From a virus: a stretch of DNA of 38,534 bases. Positions 33,791-38,534 of the stretch are shown here, in pieces; position 1 is the stretch's first letter, and each line of letters starts with the position of its first letter. The stretch lies in the IMG/VR virus record IMGVR_UViG_3300045988_049226; one strand, given 5' to 3'. The notes under the pieces are model-generated. The model did not search any database and had not been told where the DNA came from. It saw nothing but the letters and a program-made list of their open reading frames with translations. The translations under genes were made by a program, and so were the position numbers.

Positions 33791-34562
33791 CCATATCCTT
33801 TCTAAGCATACTTTCAAACGTGCGGTCTAATTCGCTCTGTGAGAGACTTTCGGGTGTGTAGTGATTCGCTAGTTTTGCAAGCATATAAATCGCATCTACT
33901 TCAACCCCTCTAAGTAGTAGGCCACCGATAAAACTTGCAAGTGCGTTATTTCTACCGCCCTTGTCACCCAGACCGAATACGACCTGTTCAAAAAGTTTTG
34001 CTGTTTTACTTGAATACTCACCTTTCTGATAATCCGTGGTGAAGTTAACCTTGGATTTTTTCTTTTCAGTTTTTAAGATTTCTAAAATCTCTGGTGGACA
34101 TTCAGCGATAGGGTGCTTATTCTTCCACTTATACTGACCTTTAGAATTATTGCTAGGCGGTACTAAGATGTAATTGTTTTTGTTTGCCTTAATATCTATA
34201 CCAGCTTTGATCCGTATATCTTGACTTATTTCAATTCCTTTGGGTTTCTTTAAGTAGATATGCTCTCCGCCGCTTGGAGTGGTTACTCTGAGAGTTTCTG
34301 GTATATACTGTGATAATTCCCAATCATTTAACGACTGGTAGCCGTTTTCGGTTTTATTGACATCTATATCAATGACAAAGAAGTCTACTGTTCTGAGCGC
34401 TATATTCGCCTCTGGTTCTTCGTGCCAAAACCGTTTGATATCGTCAGCGTTAAAGGTGCTATCTTTAAATTTAGTGATAGCACGCTTACTACGCTTGTCG
34501 ATTGGAATGACAGAAAAGCCGTTAGCTTGATAATTTAGCGCGTAATCTACCATTCCTACCAT
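33780..34562 (-). CDS. Bifunctional DNA primase/polymerase (prim-pol) domain protein.
   Basis: NGFSVIPIDKRSKRAI...FFVIDIDVNK...TPSGGEHIYLKKP is typical of the prim-pol N-terminal domain. Confidence 0.7.
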   Translation of the reverse strand: MVGMVDYALNYQANGFSVIPIDKRSKRAITKFKDSTFNADDIKRFWHEEPEANIALRTVDFFVIDIDVNKTENGYQSLNDWELSQYIPETLRVTTPSGGEHIYLKKPKGIEISQDIRIKAGIDIKANKNNYILVPPSNNSKGQYKWKNKHPIAECPPEILEILKTEKKKSKVNFTTDYQKGEYSSKTAKLFEQVVFGLGDKGGRNNALASFIGGLLLRGVEVDAIYMLAKLANHYTPESLSQSELDRTFESMLRKDMDGS

Positions 34563-34566
34563 AGTC

Positions 34567-35046
34567 TTAGAATGGCAAATCTAAATCTTCGATCTGTTGA
34601 TTCGTAGAGGGTTTGATCTCACCAGCGAATGCTGGCAATTCTGATTGCTCCATCTTCGTTACGTTCAAATTCTCGTAAGTCTTACCGTTATATTCTGATG
34701 TAATGTTTTTAACGGTTACTTTGAGTGACTTACCACGAATTAATTCAAGGAATTGGTCAATAGAGTTTACTTCAATTCCCTCTGGGATTTTGACCGCTTT
34801 GGCATAGCGTTGAAGCGCCCATGTTGGATATTGAAGTGTTTCTTTTGAAATCCAGATTTTATCAAAAATCAGATTGTTGCGGAATTTCTGCTGGAAATCA
34901 TCACGAATTTTAAGGCGGATGTCCAGAAAATCTGTACCGTTCTTGCTTGCGTTCTGCTCCGCCTGTGAGACGAATACCTCATACGTTCCATCTGTGATAG
35001 ACGCGAATTGTTCTGCTGCTTCGTAGTTTACTGAAAATAGTGACAT
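34567..35046 (-). CDS. DUF669-family (SSB-like) protein.
   Basis: MSLFSVNYEAAEQFASITDGTYEVFVSQAE... It occupies the conserved position in the AAA_24 / helicase / DUF669 module. Confidence 0.65.
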   Translation of the reverse strand: MSLFSVNYEAAEQFASITDGTYEVFVSQAEQNASKNGTDFLDIRLKIRDDFQQKFRNNLIFDKIWISKETLQYPTWALQRYAKAVKIPEGIEVNSIDQFLELIRGKSLKVTVKNITSEYNGKTYENLNVTKMEQSELPAFAGEIKPSTNQQIEDLDLPF

Positions 35047-35052
35047 AGTAAG

Positions 35053-36468
35053 TTACCTCCAAATATTTAACCGTTTTTGTTGAAACCATAACCAACCGTT
35101 GGCATATCCTTTTAAATTTCGGAACGCTTTTAATTCGGCTAGGTTCTGACATTTTGTATATTGCTTTCCATATTTTTTAACGCGACAATATACCATCGCT
35201 TCATCTTTTCTGACCTCGATTTCTTCACCGTTCACATTGATGAATACCATTTCTTGGTCTATCTTTGTAAGCTCAATTTCTGAACGTTTGTCATCTAAAT
35301 TAATGACGATCTTTGGTTGAATGATAACCGCTCCACAATACGGACAGCAATTATCTTTCATCTGTTCCCTCCAAAATGTCGCAAAGCATTGCTCACAAGT
35401 TTTCGGAGATCTTTCGGCTGGTTTTTTCGTTTTTGAAAGTCCAGTTAACTTCCAATCCCTGTCATCGTTTGGTAATCCATGTCTTAAATGATTACCAACG
35501 TGATCGATTAGAATTGCACGCTTCCCCTCTCTGGGGTTGAGTGGTCGCATTGCGAATTGCAAGTATAAGGATAATGATGCTGTCGGTCGTAGCATGATAC
35601 AGACATCTACGTTTGGCAAATCAATTCCTTCCGTAAATAGATTCACATTGACCATGATGGTTATTTCACCATTTCGAAAGGCTTGCATATATTCTTCACG
35701 CGCCTTTTTATCTGTTTGGCCAGTTACAACTACTGCACGATAACCGTTATTATTAAATCGTTCTGCGACTTTGTCAGCGTATACTACGCTATGGACATAT
35801 ACGATAGCTTGTTTACCATCCGCCAATCGCTTGTAGTGGTCGATAAAATCACCGTACTCGCCTTTGAAATCAAGTGCATCATCTATGGAGCTGTTAGTAA
35901 ACTCTCCAGACCGTTTTCTTAATTTTTTTAAATCGAGGAGATTGACAGAATAATAATCAAACTCTGATATGTTCCCGTGTTCCTGTAGCCATCGTATAGA
36001 TTTACCGATCACTAGATCGTCTGCTAGATCATCGAACCCAGCCCCGTCTAATCGTATTGGTGTTCCTGTGAAAAATAATTGAGTAGCATTTTTGAAATAT
36101 TTCAAAATCGTTTGATATTGCTTTGCTTTAATATGGTGGGCCTCATCGACTAATACCACGTCAAATTTGGGGAGGGTGTCCAGTTTTCGGACTAGACTGC
36201 CAACCGTACCGATGGTTACATAATCAAGATTGACTTCACCACGTTTAAAGGTTTCTTCGACCTGCTCATTTATTTCTTTTCGATGGCTGAAAAATAGTAC
36301 GTGTTTTTGCTTGTCAGTCGCATTTTTAGCGATGTGCGACATCACGACAGTCTTACCAGATCGTGGTTACGGGGGCGATTGAACCATGATTTTTTTATGT
36401 CCATCAATCATAGATTTTTTAATATCCATGATTAATTCTCTTTGATAATCACGTAATTCAAACACCAC
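35053..36468 (-). CDS. SF2 (DEAH) helicase interrupted by an in-frame UAA inside motif I.
   Basis: GTG at 36468 (RBS GGGGGTGA), then VVFELRDYQRELIMDIKKSMIDGHKKIMVQSPP, then TAA at 36369-36367, then PRSGKTVVMSHIAKN...VLVDEAHH... in the same frame. The ORF track only lists 35053-36345. Confidence 0.7.
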
Positions 36469-37154
36469 TAATCATCACCCCCTTTAAATAACTCTTCGAC
36501 CTTACAGCCTTTCCGATTATCTAAACGATTCTTAGCATACACGCTGGCAGATGGTTGTAAGATAAATCCACGGACTTCCTCACCATCATCTGTTGTTTTC
36601 TTAACCAGACGGGCGACCACATCAGTCAGTCCAAGGAAGTTATTTAAAATTTTAGGGCGAATGTCTGGCATAGCACGGTTGTAGATCATACCGTTTTCGT
36701 CCGTCCATTGGTCGCTCGCCTCCCACGCTGTGAATACGATACGTTTATTAAGTTGTAATAATGCCCGTAAGCTATCTAAAATCGTAAAATCTACTCGTTG
36801 GTAATCCGCTTGCGATGGCACTCGATAGTTTTTACCATCACGACCAAGGTTTGCAAGACACGCTCGAAATAACTCCGAAACGTTATCGACTACAATTGTG
36901 TCGTATGCTTCACCAGCTCCGTTTAACAATTCCTTAACAACTGTTAACCATTCATCCCAAATTTTATGTGTATCAACATCTGCAATATCAATGTTTTCGC
37001 ATCCTGCTAAGACCTTAGCAGACTTGTCGATATTAATGACTAACGTTTTACCATCAATGTATTTAATCGCACTGGTCTTACCAAATCCTGGGTTTCCGTA
37101 GATTAAGTAGCACGCATCATCATTCGTGATTTTCGTCGCTTGTGTGATCTTCAT
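36468..37154 (-). CDS. AAA_24 / Sak4-like ATPase (RecA-fold recombination or replication protein).
   Basis: Walker A in LIYGNPGFGKTSA and Walker B-like IVVDNVSE. 228 aa. Confidence 0.7.
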   Translation of the reverse strand: MKITQATKITNDDACYLIYGNPGFGKTSAIKYIDGKTLVINIDKSAKVLAGCENIDIADVDTHKIWDEWLTVVKELLNGAGEAYDTIVVDNVSELFRACLANLGRDGKNYRVPSQADYQRVDFTILDSLRALLQLNKRIVFTAWEASDQWTDENGMIYNRAMPDIRPKILNNFLGLTDVVARLVKKTTDDGEEVRGFILQPSASVYAKNRLDNRKGCKVEELFKGGDD

Positions 37155-37437
37155 TTATCTTTCCTCCATCCATGTACTCGCTCAGAATAGCGCTCGTATC
37201 GCACATCATTCGCACTTGTCTCTTGCGTTCTTTAAACAATTCTTCGACTAATTCCTTTGGAATCGCGTGTCGATATCGTTTTAAGACTTCATTGACTGCC
37301 AGATTGATTTCATCTTCTAGCATATTGGTATACGTTCCAGTGTTAATCAGTAGAGAATCTGCTGTAACGTTCCCAAATTTGTCGTGATAGTCTGGAGCGC
37401 ATACCAGCTCGTATTTTGTGTTAACGTAAAATCTCAT
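37120..37437 (-). CDS. Hypothetical protein.
   Basis: 105-aa ORF with RBS GAGGTATAACA. Confidence 0.5.
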   Translation of the reverse strand: MRFYVNTKYELVCAPDYHDKFGNVTADSLLINTGTYTNMLEDEINLAVNEVLKRYRHAIPKELVEELFKERKRQVRMMCDTSAILSEYMDGGKINEDHTSDENHE

Positions 37438-37439
37438 TG

Positions 37440-37535
37440 TTATACCTCATCATCATCGCCTAACCAGCGTTTGAATGATCCCGATCTTAACCATAAATCT
37501 GGATCGTTATAGTCAATTTCTTCGTTTTCGTCCAT
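37440..37535 (-). CDS. Micro-ORF (31 aa, acidic).
   Basis: ATG at 37535 with RBS GAGGGTG. The translation is MDENEEIDYNDPDLWLRSGSFKRWLGDDDEV. Confidence 0.35.
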   Translation of the reverse strand: MDENEEIDYNDPDLWLRSGSFKRWLGDDDEV

Positions 37536-37627
37536 TTAATAGCACCCTCAAAACATTCGTATGTTCGATGTCTCTTTTCTTATAGATTTCTAAGAGGCTT
37601 TCCAACTCTTTAATTCGTCTTGCTTTT

Positions 37628-37885
37628 CTAAAGAACATCTGCCATGCTCCAATCATTGTCAGAGTAAGAATGTTTGCGAGCTTCTGCGAGATCGATAAAT
37701 GATGCTCGATAGCCCTCGTTGAATTTCTCTTGTAGATCTTCCTCGTACTGTTGCATGATCGCGTCCTGCTTCGCCAGACGGGCTTTCTTCCGTTGCGCAC
37801 GTTTGAAATCCCAAACCGCACCTGCGAAGCCTGCTGCAAAAAATGTTCCTGCGATTGTCATGCATCCTAAAATTTCGTTATACAT
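37628..37885 (-). CDS. Small membrane-anchored protein.
   Basis: 85 aa with RBS AAAAGGAAA. An N-terminal transmembrane segment (GCMTIAGTFFAAGFAGAVW) is followed by a charged tail. It is preferred over two ORFs that overlap it in other frames. Confidence 0.55.
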   Translation of the reverse strand: MYNEILGCMTIAGTFFAAGFAGAVWDFKRAQRKKARLAKQDAIMQQYEEDLQEKFNEGYRASFIDLAEARKHSYSDNDWSMADVL

Positions 37886-38123
37886 GTTGTATTTCCTTTT
37901 CTAGTTCCAAAATCTCATGTACATCGTTTAGATCGTACATAATGTATTTTCCTTGTTTGCGAAATTTCAAACCTTTGCGCTTCAAGCGTTTTAGATATTC
38001 ATTGCTAAAACCAAACATTTCTTGCAATTCTGCTTGGCTTACTGGTAGCAATTCTTTCTTAGCTTGCTCTTTCGCTTCAAGATAGATTTCTCTGATCTGT
38101 TCTTTGATTAGTTCTTCAATCAT
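37878..38123 (-). CDS. Excisionase-like / MerR-type HTH DNA-binding protein.
   Basis: 81 aa. LPVSQAELQEMFGFSNEYLKRLKRKGLKFRKQGKYIMYDLNDV resembles excisionase-family HTH proteins. Confidence 0.45.
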   Translation of the reverse strand: MIEELIKEQIREIYLEAKEQAKKELLPVSQAELQEMFGFSNEYLKRLKRKGLKFRKQGKYIMYDLNDVHEILELEKEIQHV

Positions 38124-38171
38124 TGTCTATCTCTCTATTCTGTGTTATAATTAATTTAGTTAAATTTCATG

Positions 38172-38204
38172 AGCGCTTCACTCCACTGTGAAGTGCTTTT
38201 TTTG
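38172..38204 (+). terminator. Strong hairpin with a plus-strand T-run, giving an intrinsic terminator in the plus orientation.
   Basis: 10-bp stem 38172-38181 with 38188-38197 (one G.U pair), followed by ttttttt. On the minus strand only an A-run precedes it. Confidence 0.55.
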
Positions 38205-38206
38205 CT

Positions 38207-38534
38207 TTATGCCACATCTTTTTGCTCAATCAGTGGCAAAATTCCTTTTTTATTTTTAAGTAAATCGTAAAGGAACAAACGTCCTTTTTGAGTCCAGTAA
38301 GTATGCATCTTGCTATAATCTGCATCGATTGTATGAGTTTTTGATTGAGTATAACCCTTGCCAGCGTACTTTTGATACAAGAGCCAGGTTTCCCCCTGTT
38401 TGAACTGTATTTTCAATTCATGTAGAATCTTATTCATTTTTTTTGCACTCATTCCATAATCTTTTGCAATTACAGAAATTGCTACTAACGATTTGTTTTG
38501 AAGAACCAAGTCGTAGTATGTCGCTTTCGGCTGA
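38207..38534 (-). CDS. Antirepressor, C-terminal KilAC-like part (same gene as 1-542).
   Basis: LVAISVIAKDYGMSAKKMNKILHELKIQFKQGETWLLYQKYAGKGYTQSKTHT... matches the KilAC pattern. The frame stays open to the window end and continues into 1-542 through the repeat. Confidence 0.8.
   Translation of the reverse strand, partial: QPKATYYDLVLQNKSLVAISVIAKDYGMSAKKMNKILHELKIQFKQGETWLLYQKYAGKGYTQSKTHTIDADYSKMHTYWTQKGRLFLYDLLKNKKGILPLIEQKDVA
38436..38534. repeat. Exact 99-bp terminal direct repeat (copy 2).
   Basis: Identical to 1-99. Confidence 0.95.

Noticed and set aside
36367-36369. Reassignment of UAA to a sense codon (an alternative genetic code) to explain the helicase in-frame stop.
   Set aside because: UAA terminates many well-defined genes in this genome, including capsid, the chaperone, tape-measure exon 3 and the micro-ORFs. 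No other gene shows internal in-frame stops.
37513-37865. Overlapping minus-strand ORFs 37513-37839 (108 aa) and 37659-37865 (68 aa).
   Set aside because: They are Arg/Ser-rich shadow frames of the 37628-37885 gene and have no RBS. Only a possible short 3' portion (about 42 aa from ATG 37641) might be real, and the evidence is too weak to list it.
1-38534. A search for a CRISPR array, a reverse transcriptase (DGR or retron), transposase or IS elements, rRNA, or a toxin-antitoxin pair.
   Set aside because: I found no regularly spaced repeats, no RT or transposase motifs and no rRNA-like sequence. The only mobile-type elements seen are the integrase/attP and the two intron-like inserts.

Overview
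This window is a complete, circularly closed genome of a temperate siphovirus from a low-GC Gram-positive, Lactobacillales-type host. The unit length is 38,435 bp, and bases 1-99 recur exactly at 38436-38534. The plus strand carries the lysogeny module: an XRE/cI-like repressor, an ImmA-type metalloprotease, a small membrane protein, a tyrosine integrase, and an attP region rich in repeats. All other genes are on the minus strand. In transcription order they are: a Cro-like protein and a Bro-N/KilAC antirepressor (this gene wraps the window ends); small early genes and an excisionase-like HTH protein; a replication module (AAA_24/Sak4-like ATPase, SF2 helicase, DUF669, prim-pol, P4/D5-type primase-helicase, iteron origin, VRR-NUC); an accessory island (mini C5-MTase-like gene, an ORF-free structured-RNA candidate of about 540 nt, MazG-like, DUF1642, a second MTase, YopX); a string of micro-ORFs; an ArpU/RinA-like late activator; HNH, TerS, TerL, portal, ClpP-like protease and HK97-type capsid; head-tail joining genes; major tail protein; the G/GT chaperone with a canonical -1 frameshift; tape measure, Dit and Tal; holin and a CHAP+SH3b endolysin; and an unusual fibre-like three-gene cassette after the lysin. 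The most notable observations are as follows. (1) The tape-measure gene is split into three exons by two homologous ORF-less inserts of 267 and 293 nt. Each has group I intron hallmarks: a 5' exon ending in U paired to a G in the internal guide, P10 pairing to its own 3' exon, a terminal G, and GNRA-capped helices that co-vary between the two copies. (2) A terminator-capped non-coding region of about 540 nt (30030-30597) contains a tRNA-like T-arm module and may be a large ornate RNA of the ROOL/GOLLD class. (3) An in-frame UAA sits inside the Walker A motif of the SF2 helicase, flanked by the Pro codons CCG and CCA; it could be a +6 hop, readthrough, a nonsense mutation or a sequencing error. 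(4) A CCC-UAA capsid terminus followed by a stem-loop and an open +1 frame suggests possible +1 recoding. All functional calls rest on motifs recognised by eye and on gene order. No database search was run.
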